Below, piece by piece: positions 10,418-21,204 of a stretch of DNA of 64,000 nt. Each line of letters starts with the position of its first letter. Positions within the stretch are counted from its first letter, which is position 1. Position numbers and translations under genes: made by a program. The notes under the pieces are model-generated. The model was given only the letters and a program-made list of their open reading frames with translations, had not been told where the DNA came from and did no database searches. The stretch is from positions 1 through 64,000 of the forward strand of contig CAVNZM010000021.1 of the NCBI GenBank assembly GCA_963693365.1, read 5' to 3'. This stretch comes from Amoebidium appalachense. Taxonomy: Eukaryota; Protista; Ichthyosporea.

Positions 10418-11281
10418 TCACGAATCGGTCAACCGGATGAGCGCCGATGCTGCCAGAACCTTCAGTGATGCTGAGCCGTTCCTCAGGGCACGCACGGCAA
10501 AATCGGCCGGGGCATCCTGCCAAAACGTATCCAACATCAGAGAGCGGAAGAGCCGTGTTTCTGCCCTCAGCACAAAATCCGCGAAGAACTCGTTGAAGGC
10601 AACTGGTGTGGTGTGAACGGCCTGCTCCAAGTACTTCAAGGATAGCTGCTGGTGCAGGCGGTCAATAGCCTCCGCGATGGCAGCGCCCCCCACGGGCCTG
10701 CACCCTACCCAGTCGCGCATGTTCCTAAGTATGTGGTACTCCGCGATCACGCGGGCAAGGGATGTGGAAGCCCCTTTTCCACCAAATCGGTGTATGACAT
10801 CCCCCCAAGACATGGATGTACTACCGACCGGAATACCCAGGGCAGTCAGTACGGTGATGCAGCAAGGCTCCTTGTTGATTTCAAGTATGAGCTGTGAGCA
10901 CACCTTCTGCCATGCTGGGATGTGGAAACGCCGTTCTGTAGCCTCGTGCTCCTCACTGCCATAGGGCGGACGCAGTAGTCGCTTCATCTCGCTGGTGCAG
11001 TCCAACAACACAGTTCCCGGGATGCCAAAATGGCTGCACAGCGACATCACCCGGGCAAACAACGCCAGTGTTTTACACATGGCGTGGTTTGTAGAACGTT
11101 CACAACGATGCTGGACATGTGCCCGTATTGAGTATTCGACAAAAGCCTCCAGGTATCCGATGAATGTCTCAAAATCACAAGCATTGGCCAAAGCGCTGGG
11201 TTTAGGAAGGTGGAGTGTCTTAGGGGCCGATTCGTACTGAAGCGGCGCAGCCAGAGGGTGCAGGGGGTCAAATACAGACAT
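10418..11281 (-). CDS. Hypothetical helical protein
   Basis: Long ORF from MSVFDPLH; CCAAT-rich upstream region. Confidence 0.6.
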   Translation of the reverse strand: MSVFDPLHPLAAPLQYESAPKTLHLPKPSALANACDFETFIGYLEAFVEYSIRAHVQHRCERSTNHAMCKTLALFARVMSLCSHFGIPGTVLLDCTSEMKRLLRPPYGSEEHEATERRFHIPAWQKVCSQLILEINKEPCCITVLTALGIPVGSTSMSWGDVIHRFGGKGASTSLARVIAEYHILRNMRDWVGCRPVGGAAIAEAIDRLHQQLSLKYLEQAVHTTPVAFNEFFADFVLRAETRLFRSLMLDTFWQDAPADFAVRALRNGSASLKVLAASALIRLTDS

Positions 11282-11566
11282 GTTGTTTTGACGTTTTGTC
11301 TTTACGCTTTCGAACTCAAAAAAAGAACACGCACACGGAGAATGCTCCACTACACAGGAATCGCTCGCTGGTGATGTACCATGATACAGGACGCCGCGAG
11401 CCAAAGAAAATTGGAATGTTATGGAGTTCTAATCCAACCAATCCGACCGGCCCTCGGCACAACCAATCAAACGCCCCCCTGGCACCGCGACCAAAAAACG
11501 ACTTCAAACGACAAAAAACGACCAAAAACGACCTCTTGGGGAGATTACTGCCACGTGGTACACCCG

Positions 11567-12178
11567 CTAGATGTGCACCCAAAAATCAATATACACAATC
11601 GGATGCTCGCTGGCCGCGGTTGTTAGTTCATGGACACTATAGAAAACGCCATCACTAGCACGAAAAACACCCGAACCATCAAAATCAGCATATCTAGTTG
11701 CCCCAATTTGAACGGTGTAGGACATTGCCTGATGTAGATGTACCCTGAGTGACCCTATGGTGCAGAGCCAGGAGCCATTGAGCGCTGGGCCTAGCCGTTC
11801 AGGTCCACAGCATGTAAAGACGTGCACATATGCGCTTCCTTGGGCATAAAATAATGGAAACACGGGTAGTATATCGCGTGGCCTAAGGTCGGTCATCAAG
11901 CGAAATCCACCTGTGGATTTAGTCTCCGTAATCTCCCAACCACCAGGCGCATTTGAAGAAGCCTTCACAACCAAAGTTAAATCTGGCAGGCCACCAAACA
12001 AAGATGTGTACTCCACCTGTAGGCAATCCAGAAACCCTAACAGGCCAAGAACTTCAACGGCCCGGTTGTGGGTCATGTGCATGGAGATTTCTGTCAGGTT
12101 CGCAAGCCTTTGTATCTCCATCACATCAGGCAACCAAAAAAGGAGATGCCACATCTGTGCACACAAATCGTGCCCCAA
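11567..12178 (-). CDS. Hypothetical protein
   Basis: ORF only; start uncertain. Confidence 0.4.
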   Translation of the reverse strand: MGHDLCAQMWHLLFWLPDVMEIQRLANLTEISMHMTHNRAVEVLGLLGFLDCLQVEYTSLFGGLPDLTLVVKASSNAPGGWEITETKSTGGFRLMTDLRPRDILPVFPLFYAQGSAYVHVFTCCGPERLGPALNGSWLCTIGSLRVHLHQAMSYTVQIGATRYADFDGSGVFRASDGVFYSVHELTTAASEHPIVYIDFWVHI

Positions 12179-12446
12179 TCACGCACCAGCCAATCGCGCG
12201 TCAACAGCCAGGGTTAACAATTCAAAGCTTTCCCCTTTCGCTAAATTCACCACAGGCAATCATAAGAATTGTAATCGGCCTTCAAAAGAGTCCGCGAATA
12301 TCAATTCGCAATAGATTCCCTATCAATTGTTCTAACCGCGAATCAAATCGCTCAAAATGTTTACACTTTTACACAGTATAAAAGGCTGCATTTCCTTATC
12401 TTTGGGTCATTCGTACACTGTTCCGGTGGGTGGTGGAAGTGTGACT

Positions 12447-13838
12447 ATGAGCGTACACTACACACAGTTGTTAGGGCCGAGGCTCCCTAAGCTCGCGCCC
12501 CGACCTCAAACTGTGGCGATTCCAGGCAGCTGTACAACTAAACATGGTCTTTTGCACAATATCACCAGCTCGGGCCGACGCGGACGTCATATGCGAAAAA
12601 AGGGACTCGAAAACCTACGACGGCAACAAACAAATGACACGCGACTTTCTGATTCGAAAAAGATTTATTTTAAAGCTCTACACACCCCTCGGAGCGATTT
12701 CGATGCTTTGGTACCCGGATTGGGCTCTTTTCCTCTGCAGCAAGCCGTCGATTCTGGCACCACCTCTCTCACTCCGGTTTCAGCAGCAACCGTCGACGGC
12801 ACCGGCTTTGAATTCGATTTGGGGTTGGGCTCTTTTCCTCTGCAGCAAGCCGTCGATTCTGGCACCACCTCTCTCACTCCGGTTTCAGCAGCAACCGTCG
12901 ACGGCACCGGCTTTGAATTCGATTTGGGGTTGGGCTCTTTTCCTCTGCAGCAAGCCGTCGATTCTGGCACCACCTCTCTCACTCCGGTTTCAGCAGCAAC
13001 CGTCGACGGCACCGGCTTTGAATTCGATTTGGGGTTGGGCTCTTTTCCTCTGCAGCAAGCCGTCGATTCTGGCACCACCTCTCTCACTCCGGTTTCAGCA
13101 GCAACCGTCGACGGCACCGGCTTTGAATTCGATTTGGGGTTGGGCTCTTTTCCTCTGCAGCAAGCCGTCGATTCTGGCACCACCTCTCTCACTCCGGTTT
13201 CAGCACCAACCGTCGACGGCACCGGCTTTGAATTCGATTTGGGGTTGGGCTCTTTTCCTCTGCAGCAAGCCGTCGATTCTGGCACCACCTCTCTCACTCC
13301 GGTTTCAGCAGCAACCGTCGAAGGCACCGGCTTTGAATTCGATTTGGTGTTGGGCTCTTTTTCTCTGCAGCAAGCCGTCGATTTCGGCACCACCTCTCTC
13401 ACTCCGGTTTCAGCAGCAACCGTCGACGGCACCGGCTTTGAATTCGATTTGGTGTTGGGCTCTTTTTCATTGCAGCAAGCCGTCGATTTCGGCACCACCT
13501 CTCTCACTCCGGTTTCAGCAGCAACCGTCGACGGCACCGGCTTTGAATTCGATTTGGTGTTGGGCTCTTTTTCTCTGCAGCAAGCCGTCGATTTCGGCAC
13601 CACCTCTCTCACTCCGGTTTCAGCAGCAACCGTCGACGGCACCGGCTTTGAATTCGATTTGGGGTTGGATATCACAGAAATCGAGAAAATACTCGGCAGT
13701 ACCATCACACCCTCCAACAAAATGTCACCGATCAACTTAACCGAAGTTGGGTTAAACACGTTTTTTTGTGAACCGATCGATGAATTCGAAGAGATATGTG
13801 TTTTCTTATTGAAAGACGAATTGAAAGGATCGGTCTAA
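12447..13838 (+). CDS. Protein with a basic N-terminus and nine 35-aa acidic repeats
   Basis: TATA-like GTATAAAAGG at 12376; repeat GLGSFPLQQAVDSGTTSLTPVSAATVDGTGFEFDL. Confidence 0.65.
   Translation: MSVHYTQLLGPRLPKLAPRPQTVAIPGSCTTKHGLLHNITSSGRRGRHMRKKGLENLRRQQTNDTRLSDSKKIYFKALHTPRSDFDALVPGLGSFPLQQAVDSGTTSLTPVSAATVDGTGFEFDLGLGSFPLQQAVDSGTTSLTPVSAATVDGTGFEFDLGLGSFPLQQAVDSGTTSLTPVSAATVDGTGFEFDLGLGSFPLQQAVDSGTTSLTPVSAATVDGTGFEFDLGLGSFPLQQAVDSGTTSLTPVSAPTVDGTGFEFDLGLGSFPLQQAVDSGTTSLTPVSAATVEGTGFEFDLVLGSFSLQQAVDFGTTSLTPVSAATVDGTGFEFDLVLGSFSLQQAVDFGTTSLTPVSAATVDGTGFEFDLVLGSFSLQQAVDFGTTSLTPVSAATVDGTGFEFDLGLDITEIEKILGSTITPSNKMSPINLTEVGLNTFFCEPIDEFEEICVFLLKDELKGSV
12720..13668 (+). repeat. 105-bp tandem repeat, nine copies
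   Basis: Units start at 12721, 12826 ... 13561; near identical, with variants clustered in the last units. Confidence 0.97.
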
Positions 13839-14029
13839 TTTTTGACTTGACTTAGTTACTGTGCTGAATTTAAGTACAAGCTCAGCCATACTTTAACATC
13901 CACACACTAGACTTACACGTGGTTAAATGGGTCTAATTTTTGACTTGACTTAGTTACTTACTTTGCTGAATTTAAGCACAAGCTCAGCCATACTTTAACA
14001 TCCACACACTAGACTTACACGTGGTTAAA
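13832..14029. repeat. ~98-bp direct duplication between two convergent gene ends
   Basis: GGTCTAATTTTTGACTTGACTTAG...ACACGTGGTTAAA at 13832 and 13930. Confidence 0.92.
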
Positions 14030-14918
14030 CGTGTTCGCTGTGACTCGAAGCCATCACTTGTCTCATGATATGTTCTGCTATAAGAGGTGGAACAGCATTC
14101 CCAATAAATCTATGCATGATCTCCTTTGTGAATGGCAATCTTGTTATATAGCCAGTGGGGAAAGTCTGGAATTTTTCTACCTCCTCCACGGTAAGCGAGC
14201 GTACAAAGTTCATGTCTTTGTCGTATATATAGAACGGCCGAGAAGTGATGGTGTAGCAAGCACGAAGCGTGACAGCTTTCTTTCTCTGGGTGTTAGAGTA
14301 TGCCGGATTCTTTAGACGACCAGGTGAAAAACTTGCATTGGAAACAAAGTACTCGTAGGATGGAAGGGCCAGACATTCTGCAATTGTTGGTGCGCTGCGC
14401 AGGGGCATGTAAAGCGGGTCCCATCCCTTGTGTACAATGAGCCGTCTACGTGACTGGCAGAGTCCATGTCGTTCCATATGAACAAGCCTGTATGTGCAAC
14501 CCCGTCGCTGCAAAACGGGTATTATGGCCTGATTGTAAACCTGCTCCAATGAATACGATTGGCAAGGCAGCATCTCCATAAGCGTTAGGACGTATTCTAG
14601 CATGGTGGTTGCGCTTTCCTGGTCCCCCTTGCCTGCTCGCATCACAGAAACCTCTTGGCAGGGGGGACTGGCATGAACATGCAAATGATCGGTGGGTTGA
14701 AGCGGTGGCAAGGCCTCTGTTATCACGTTGACGAGCTGTTCATGCCTTTGGTCCCCTATCTTGACTTGTAAGTGTTTCGCATCGGGGTGGTGGTGCTTGT
14801 GTGTCTGAAGGGCCTCTTGCCAACAGTCCACAGCAACAGCTACAACGGCACCAGCGCTTGCGGCGCCTTGAGAGAATCCGCCTGCTCCACAAAATAGATC
14901 AACCAGGTAAAACACCAT
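14025..14918 (-). CDS. C5 cytosine DNA methyltransferase
   Basis: Motif I DLFCGAGG, IV SPPCQ, VI variant LEQV, VIII QSRRR, X IGNAVPP. Confidence 0.92.
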   Translation of the reverse strand: MVFYLVDLFCGAGGFSQGAASAGAVVAVAVDCWQEALQTHKHHHPDAKHLQVKIGDQRHEQLVNVITEALPPLQPTDHLHVHASPPCQEVSVMRAGKGDQESATTMLEYVLTLMEMLPCQSYSLEQVYNQAIIPVLQRRGCTYRLVHMERHGLCQSRRRLIVHKGWDPLYMPLRSAPTIAECLALPSYEYFVSNASFSPGRLKNPAYSNTQRKKAVTLRACYTITSRPFYIYDKDMNFVRSLTVEEVEKFQTFPTGYITRLPFTKEIMHRFIGNAVPPLIAEHIMRQVMASSHSEHV

Positions 14919-14986
14919 GTCGAAAGGCGAAGAAAATAACCGCCCCGTCCACCCTCCTACATTCTCTAAACGTCTGGCCGTGCGCA

Positions 14987-15487
14987 TCATCGTCGTGTAT
15001 TCGTCCAGAGATGAAGTCCCGCCCCAAGATCACAAACCACCCGATCTATCAAATCGTGGTCGCGGCCGGTGTACAGCTCGGCCCCGTTAGGCCCGGGTTG
15101 ATGAAACGGAGGCTCCGTTCCGTGCCGGGCTCGATAGGCCATTGCCACCTCGCGAACAAGCGTGTTGCGCGCTGCACGGGTAGCGGTAACCCCTACGGCA
15201 TCCAGGTACTCCTCCACTGACATAAGTGACGGAAGACGCGAAGGTGGAATGTGCACCTCTCTTGTTGGGGCCGGTCCCATCACTGCAGCAAGGCGCTCCT
15301 TGTACTGCTCGAGCAGGCTACCGTGTGTAAGCCCGACCTCGTCCATCATTTGCTTCCACAAAATAAGGTTCTTTAGACGGGTGTATTGTGAGTCTGCCTG
15401 TTCCTTCGCGTTACGCTGGCTCCTGCTAGACCCATTAAGATAGGTTTCGGTGCGCACAAGCAGGGGGCGGGGTGCATCGTCAGCCAT
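14987..15487 (-). CDS. Hypothetical protein, possibly DNA-binding
   Basis: VAMAYRARHGTEPP...YTGRDHDLIDR C-terminal pattern; duplicated TATA upstream. Confidence 0.55.
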   Translation of the reverse strand: MADDAPRPLLVRTETYLNGSSRSQRNAKEQADSQYTRLKNLILWKQMMDEVGLTHGSLLEQYKERLAAVMGPAPTREVHIPPSRLPSLMSVEEYLDAVGVTATRAARNTLVREVAMAYRARHGTEPPFHQPGPNGAELYTGRDHDLIDRVVCDLGAGLHLWTNTRR

Positions 15488-15501
15488 ATTCAAACTGCGC
15501 T

Positions 15502-15573
15502 GCGCCAGCTGTGTGAGTGTGCCTATTTATAGGGAGCGCCAGCTGTGTGAGTGTGCCTATTTATAGGGAGCGC
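15502..15573 (-). promoter_or_regulatory. Duplicated 34-bp TATA-containing unit
   Basis: GCGCCAGCTGTGTGAGTGTGCCTATTTATAGGGA twice (CTATAAATAGG on the minus strand). Confidence 0.75.
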
Positions 15574-15861
15574 TGAGAGATTTTCTGTGTGAACACCAAT
15601 GGACGAACATGCGCCCTCTGTACACCCTCGTCTCCTGACCAGACAACGAATCTTGGCCCGAGGTTGTGCCTCCCAAGAGATATCGCAGAAAGAATGAAAG
15701 AGCCAGGGAGCTGTTGGGACCCGACGTGCCCCGTGTCGGCAATGGACACGTTATATGTCCTTTCCAATCCGGTCAGCCCGGTTGCTGACCTCATCAATTG
15801 GTGTGCACCCCATGTTCCGTTTTAAATCTTCCCATTCGCGAAAAATCTACCCCCACACTAA

Positions 15862-17859
15862 ATGAGTAGGGGGCAGCAGAACATTCAGCGCGAGCTGAAT
15901 GCCCTTTCACGACCTTCACCAACGGAACTGGACGAAGCGCGCTACGATAGCATCGCCCTGTGCAACGCTGGCACACCCGCGCCTCTACTAACACAGGACA
16001 CCAACCTGGGAATCCGGAAGTCCTGTTCACTGGAGCATATGACTGTTCACGACGTCTATACTGTAGCGCCTTCAACAAACACCATGCAGTTGCGCCTCGA
16101 GTTTGGTGGGGATGTCGTGACAAGAAAGATCAAACTGGACAATGGGGCATACACCACCACAGAGCTCGCCAAGCTACTGCAGCTTACTTTGAACCGTAAC
16201 AAACCGGAAATCAAGACGGGGAAAAAGTTGGGCTACTTTTCACCCACGGTTGTTGGGCACGGCCTTGCACTCAGCAGTAGCGCAGTAGCAGGGAACACAC
16301 CGTCGTATGTTCGTTATGACATTGACGGACCCATGGCACTCGTTTCCCAACTTCTCCGAATGCAGGCACAAGACCCGGGTTCCATACTTGTGGTCACTGG
16401 TCTTGCTGAGGTCACCACCTCAACGGGCGTGGCTGGCGTGCCGGAGAAAACTGCGTCTGCCGTGGTGTACCGGTTTACCCAAGAGACCATTCAGGACGTC
16501 GAGGTTGTTGACGCGCCGGGCCGCTCGATTCTGATCTTTCCAAACAAGACAACCTGTGGCACCAGAATGCCCTTCTATGAAGCCGACGCAGTTCTTGAGA
16601 AACAGAGTTTGGAGAGCGGTGTGATGCCAGGTAACAATGGTCCCTACATGTACGACTTCTTGTATGTGGTGAAAGAAAGTGACCCCGTCCCCGATAGAAT
16701 GTTTAAGTGGGCAGCCTGGCCGACAGGGGTGTGGCTGGCGCTGCAGATGGCTTTGGCGATCGCCGAGTCGGACAATCTGCTTGTCAGAGCGCTGTTCTAC
16801 AAGGTCGACTCAAAACGATTTATCCGTGTCGTTGTCAGCACGGCTAATTATCAAGATTCAGTGACCACGGTCAATTTTGGAGAGCCGGGGGCGGACCCTT
16901 TTATCCAGGAAAATTACGAGGTAGACACCGGAACGTTATTCAAGTTTCCTTTCCCTTCCCCTGGCGATTTCCGCCCCAATGTTTTTAAACCAGACAATTT
17001 AGCGCCAGTGTTTACAGAGGACCCCCTTAGTGACACCATAAACATGGTACCGTATTACTTCTCCGTGCGAACTGTCACACAGCTTGCGGATGCCATCAGC
17101 ACTATTGCCCCCCCGCCACCACCTCCTTTCGCCGCCGAAATATGGGAGCGGCTTGACAGCTTCGACCTCTTGATGATCGAGACCATAGAACTGGCCGCAG
17201 CATACCCACAGGTTTTCCCCCGTGAGGAACCTGCCGAGAACGACCGGTTTTCCTGGTTCAGGCTCCTGTTCAATATCCAGAAGGACCCCCATAACTACGC
17301 CTACACGTTGCGCGGACGCATCGTGATATCGTCAAGACCCTTTTTTGCGTATCTACAATGCCAGCATGCGGCTGTACTATTCGCTCCTCTGCAGCACCTG
17401 ACAGCATCACGTTCTGGTTCTCCGGCCCTGCAGCCCGTTCTCTGGGGCTTCAGAACAACGTGCCCAGTCAGAACCCATTTGCCGATCGCCCTGTGCTCTT
17501 GGTCCCTCGCCGGGGGGCAGCAGGGCGTGGTATCGCCCGGGCCGTATGGGCACGCAACAAGCATGCTGCAAGGCATCCCGTACACCCGCGACACACCGCC
17601 CAAGCGGCTGTTTGTGCACCTAGACATCAACAACACCCGGGTCAAGGGTAACGTGCAGGGGTTGCGCGCACTGGCCGTGGTGCCGACACAGAAGGCGGTT
17701 AACGACGTTTAAGAGCCGGTCATGCCGATCTACACGTCGTTGGTGGGCTGTGGTTCCATTAGCACCGTCGGAGTGTCGATCGAGGACGAGTACGGCACAC
17801 CCATAACAGGGGAGAGTCATGCTGCGGTTAAAATAAAGTCTGTGCCAACGATCACATGA
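15862..17859 (+). CDS. Penton-like minor capsid protein with an in-frame TAA at 17710-17712
   Basis: N-terminal YTVAPSTNT...LDNGAYTTTELAKLL; after the TAA the frame continues EPVMPIY...ISTVGVSIEDEYGTPI to TGA 17859. Confidence 0.65.
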
Positions 17860-18815
17860 TGCGTCTAGTGATATCGGCCATGCTGTGCGCGTCCACGGCG
17901 CAGTGCAAGAGGTCGCAGTGCCCGGCCGGGTCCGCGCTCCTGTTCTATCGCACGTTCAAAAACGTCGCGGACGGACCCTACGCCGTCGAGTTGTTGCGAA
18001 AGGACGTGCCCAACGTGACCATGGGGACCGGCGATGCCAGGAACATGATGGCACACCAGGGCAGCCTGCGCATGAAACTCCCGGCCGGCTGTGTCGGCAC
18101 CCAGGAGTGCTCGTTCCAGTGGAAGGTGGGCCTGGACCGGACTTTGGAGGCCATGTACGCATACAGCGTCAAGTTCGAAAGCACGTACGACTTTGCCAAG
18201 GGCGGCAAGCTGCCTGGGCTGTGCGGCAACACGTGCCCGACGGGCGGCCGCGACTCATCGATGGGCTTCAGCGCGCGCAACATGTGGCGCACGAACGGCG
18301 AGCTCGTGAGCTACCTGTACCTGCACGGCAGGAAGGAGAGAATGGGGCGGGATGTGGTGTGGATGAACGCCACGAGCGGCAAACCGCTGCGGCTGCCCAC
18401 GGACAGGTGGGTGTTCCTTTATTTCTGGGTGCGACTGAACACGATCGGCAAGAACGATGGGCGGCTGGTTGGCTTCTATAACGGCGAGGTCGCCGTCAAC
18501 ATCAAGATCGACTGGCGCAGGAGCGACGACGTGTTCATCGACACGTTCTACTTTTCCAACTTTTACGGGGGCGGGGACAGGAGCTGGGCGCCGGACAGGG
18601 ACATGTACATCCGGTTCAATGACCTCCAGGTGTGCACACGGGACGGATTTGGATGGCTGAAGCACTACCAGGCGCCCCCCAAAAGCAACACCACGGCGGC
18701 AGAGGAGGTCGGGAAGGACGTTGTGTCACAGACAGTGCCGGGCCTGCCAGGGCTCACGAAGCCAGCCCCCGCACGGCCATACGGGGCGTGCGTAATCCCC
18801 ACCCCCGAGCCCTAG
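17856..18815 (+). CDS. Polysaccharide lyase family 14 (vAL-1-like), with signal peptide
   Basis: YSVKFESTYDFAKGGKLPGL, GFSARNMWR, YLY, FSNFYGG...WAP. Confidence 0.92.
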   Translation: MMRLVISAMLCASTAQCKRSQCPAGSALLFYRTFKNVADGPYAVELLRKDVPNVTMGTGDARNMMAHQGSLRMKLPAGCVGTQECSFQWKVGLDRTLEAMYAYSVKFESTYDFAKGGKLPGLCGNTCPTGGRDSSMGFSARNMWRTNGELVSYLYLHGRKERMGRDVVWMNATSGKPLRLPTDRWVFLYFWVRLNTIGKNDGRLVGFYNGEVAVNIKIDWRRSDDVFIDTFYFSNFYGGGDRSWAPDRDMYIRFNDLQVCTRDGFGWLKHYQAPPKSNTTAAEEVGKDVVSQTVPGLPGLTKPAPARPYGACVIPTPEP

Positions 18816-18816
18816 T

Positions 18817-19357
18817 TTAGTCGACGCGAAAAGGTTTGTACTTCTTGAATGCCGTGCTGCGCCCATTGACGTAAAGGGAGTCCGGCTGCCGCAGCACGAC
18901 ACCCTCGCCCCCCGCGCCGGTGATGCGACGGAACATCCTGTAGAGCTCGGCGCTGTTCTTAACACGTGTATGCCGAACCGCGCGAATAGTCTTTGCTTTG
19001 AGTCGCGACAGCGCCCTTATGCGTTTAGCAAACGAAACCCCCTATTGCCGGGAGGTCAAAGACCATAAAGCGCACCTTCGGCCACCATTTGTTTTGCATG
19101 TTTCGAACTATGCCGACAATCCGCGGCCGCGTCCCGTAGCCCGCAAACAGCTCGCCGTCAAGGACGCGTTTGGGAAACCCCCTCGTAAACCAGGTAGGGG
19201 CGGGGATGCGTGTACCATGGCGAGTCCAAAGAGTGCGGCCGTCCCACACGCAGCGGAGGCCGTCGTACTTCTCCGACGCGTACCAACCTGCCATATCCTC
19301 CAACGGTCGGCTGTGGCTGTCTGTTCGCAGTCGGCGGCCCAGCATTGGCTTCATCAC
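18817..19357 (-). CDS. Minimal ATP-dependent DNA ligase (adenylation domain), frameshifted near 19040
   Basis: SEKYDG, LDGELF, FMVFDLP; a second frame continues GGEGVVLRQPDSLYVNGRS...KKYKPF to TAA at 18817. Confidence 0.85.
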
Positions 19358-19367
19358 TGACAGGGCG

Positions 19368-20084
19368 CTACAAAGCCGTGACTGTCCTGACCGAACGGCT
19401 GTGAATGTGCTGTTCCAGCATGCGGCAAGTCTCTGTGAGTGCGGGATAGAAGGCGTCCTGAAGGTGCTCGGTCATTACACGTTTGCGGTTGGACTTTCGG
19501 CACAATAGAAGAGCTTCGGTAAGCACACACTCCGTGAACGACTGGATTATGCAGGCGCACGCGATTCCGCTGATAACACTGACCCGCCACTTCACGGTAG
19601 GGTCAAGGGCCAGGAGGGTGTTCCGAAATCGTGAAGGGGGGAACACCAGCTTACATCTACGTGTGATGGTGGTACGCGTACCGACCGAAAGGTTGTTGTC
19701 CTCGTAGAGTGCGAGGCTCTCCTGGATGCGCGACAACATCCCCCGCACCACACTGTCCGACAGGAACACGCGTGCGGCACCGACTACATGCCGAAGCTTC
19801 ACGGTTACGTGGCGTGCGTCACCCAGCATGTGGACAATACACATTCCCAGTTTCTCCTGCAGGGCGGTCTGGAACATGTTGAGGTAGTCCAGCGCGTGCT
19901 TGTTTATCGCCAGGGTCGACATGCGTTTCAGCAGGCGGTACGTGTAGGCATTGTAGGATTTGCACTTCTCCCGGGGAGAAAACGACTCCGGGGACGGAAA
20001 CGCGGTGTCGGGGTAGTAGCACGGTAGCACCTCGGGCAGGCAGTTCAGCACGCCGTTGTTCTGGGCAGGGCATGGTATCTCCAT
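19368..20084 (-). CDS. Fused histone H2B-H2A doublet
   Basis: SYNAYTYRLLK...INKHALDYLNMF...TVKLRHVVGAARVFL (H2B-like), then TRRCKLVFPPSRF...RKSNRKRVMTEHLQDA (H2A-like). Confidence 0.85.
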   Translation of the reverse strand: MEIPCPAQNNGVLNCLPEVLPCYYPDTAFPSPESFSPREKCKSYNAYTYRLLKRMSTLAINKHALDYLNMFQTALQEKLGMCIVHMLGDARHVTVKLRHVVGAARVFLSDSVVRGMLSRIQESLALYEDNNLSVGTRTTITRRCKLVFPPSRFRNTLLALDPTVKWRVSVISGIACACIIQSFTECVLTEALLLCRKSNRKRVMTEHLQDAFYPALTETCRMLEQHIHSRSVRTVTAL

Positions 20085-20159
20085 GTTGGTGCGAGAGATT
20101 TATTTGTGGCCCACGTTCACGCCTCAGCCACGCAATCCGCCCGCTATGTAATGTTGTCA

Positions 20160-20603
20160 ATGAGACTCTACGCCGCAGAGAGGGAGGGCTACACGAGGGA
20201 CGTGCTTCGCACACGGACGTATGTGGACATCCCCGCCAACATTGTGGAAACACGGGACGATACATGCGCGAGGTACCCGCTGTGCACGCCCGAGACCATG
20301 GATGAGTGGCAGCAGTACAGATACTGTGGGGAGGGTGCTCATGAAACCGGCAGCCTTGCAATGGAGGTAGACATGTGGAGCGACATCCGCCGTCAGGAGG
20401 ACCTGGTGAACACGATGTCGGCAAGGCTCGGTGGCCCGTTCATCAGGTATCCCGTACAGGAAAGCATCTGCTCCTTCGGTAGCCCGTCACCCGACACCCC
20501 GCGCTGGTTTGCCGACCGTATGGACAGGTACATCAACCTGCCGTCCGAAGCTCCGGTTGGTCTTTATGTCTCACACCCCGAGATGCAATTGATCTTTCTT
20601 TAG
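20160..20603 (+). CDS. Hypothetical protein
   Basis: ORF followed by AATAAA at ~20632. Confidence 0.55.
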   Translation: MRLYAAEREGYTRDVLRTRTYVDIPANIVETRDDTCARYPLCTPETMDEWQQYRYCGEGAHETGSLAMEVDMWSDIRRQEDLVNTMSARLGGPFIRYPVQESICSFGSPSPDTPRWFADRMDRYINLPSEAPVGLYVSHPEMQLIFL

Positions 20604-20660
20604 CCTCCCCCGCCCGCAACCCAAAAACACGAATAAATATTTTCTATACCAAAAGGTAAA

Positions 20661-21077
20661 ATGGGTGAAACCAAGTCCAAGAAGAAGGTCGGTATCCGCA
20701 AGCAGTGGAAGCTCCTGTGCGAGTACGCCGTCGCCCACGACGGGGACATCGACAAGATGGGTCTTGACGACCCGCTCTTTGAAGGCGGACCCACAGTCGG
20801 ACAGTTCCTGTTGCGCCACTACCTGAACCGCTGCATCGCCCCGTTCATGAAGGCCCAGGCTAAGGCCCAGAAAGCCGAGGCCGAGTCTGCCTCTGCTGTC
20901 CCAGCAGCCCCCACCCCCCCAGCAACCGAGGAAGCGCCCCCTGCCCCCCCGACCAATGCGACACCCGACACCAGTGGGGAGAAGCGCCAGGCCCAGGCGG
21001 ACCCGCCCGGAGCACCTAAAAAAAAGGCCCGCAAGATAGCACCGAAACCACCAGCTGGCATAGTGGTTCATGCGTAA
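20661..21077 (+). CDS. Hypothetical protein with an Ala/Pro/Lys-rich tail
   Basis: ATG ORF, PKKKARK, AATAAA at ~21114. Confidence 0.65.
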   Translation: MGETKSKKKVGIRKQWKLLCEYAVAHDGDIDKMGLDDPLFEGGPTVGQFLLRHYLNRCIAPFMKAQAKAQKAEAESASAVPAAPTPPATEEAPPAPPTNATPDTSGEKRQAQADPPGAPKKKARKIAPKPPAGIVVHA

Positions 21078-21204
21078 TCGTGTGAGAAGCGCCCGGTGGG
21101 TGACCAAAACATCAATAAACAACCAAACCCAACATGCCGAATCCATACAAACACACCTTGCCCAAAGGGTATAAATAACCCTTTCGCACAGGGCAGTCCC
21201 CTCA

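Noticed and set aside
12720-13668. CRISPR array or triple overlapping genes
   Set aside because: There are no unique spacers, and the extra open frames follow from a stop-free 105-bp unit.
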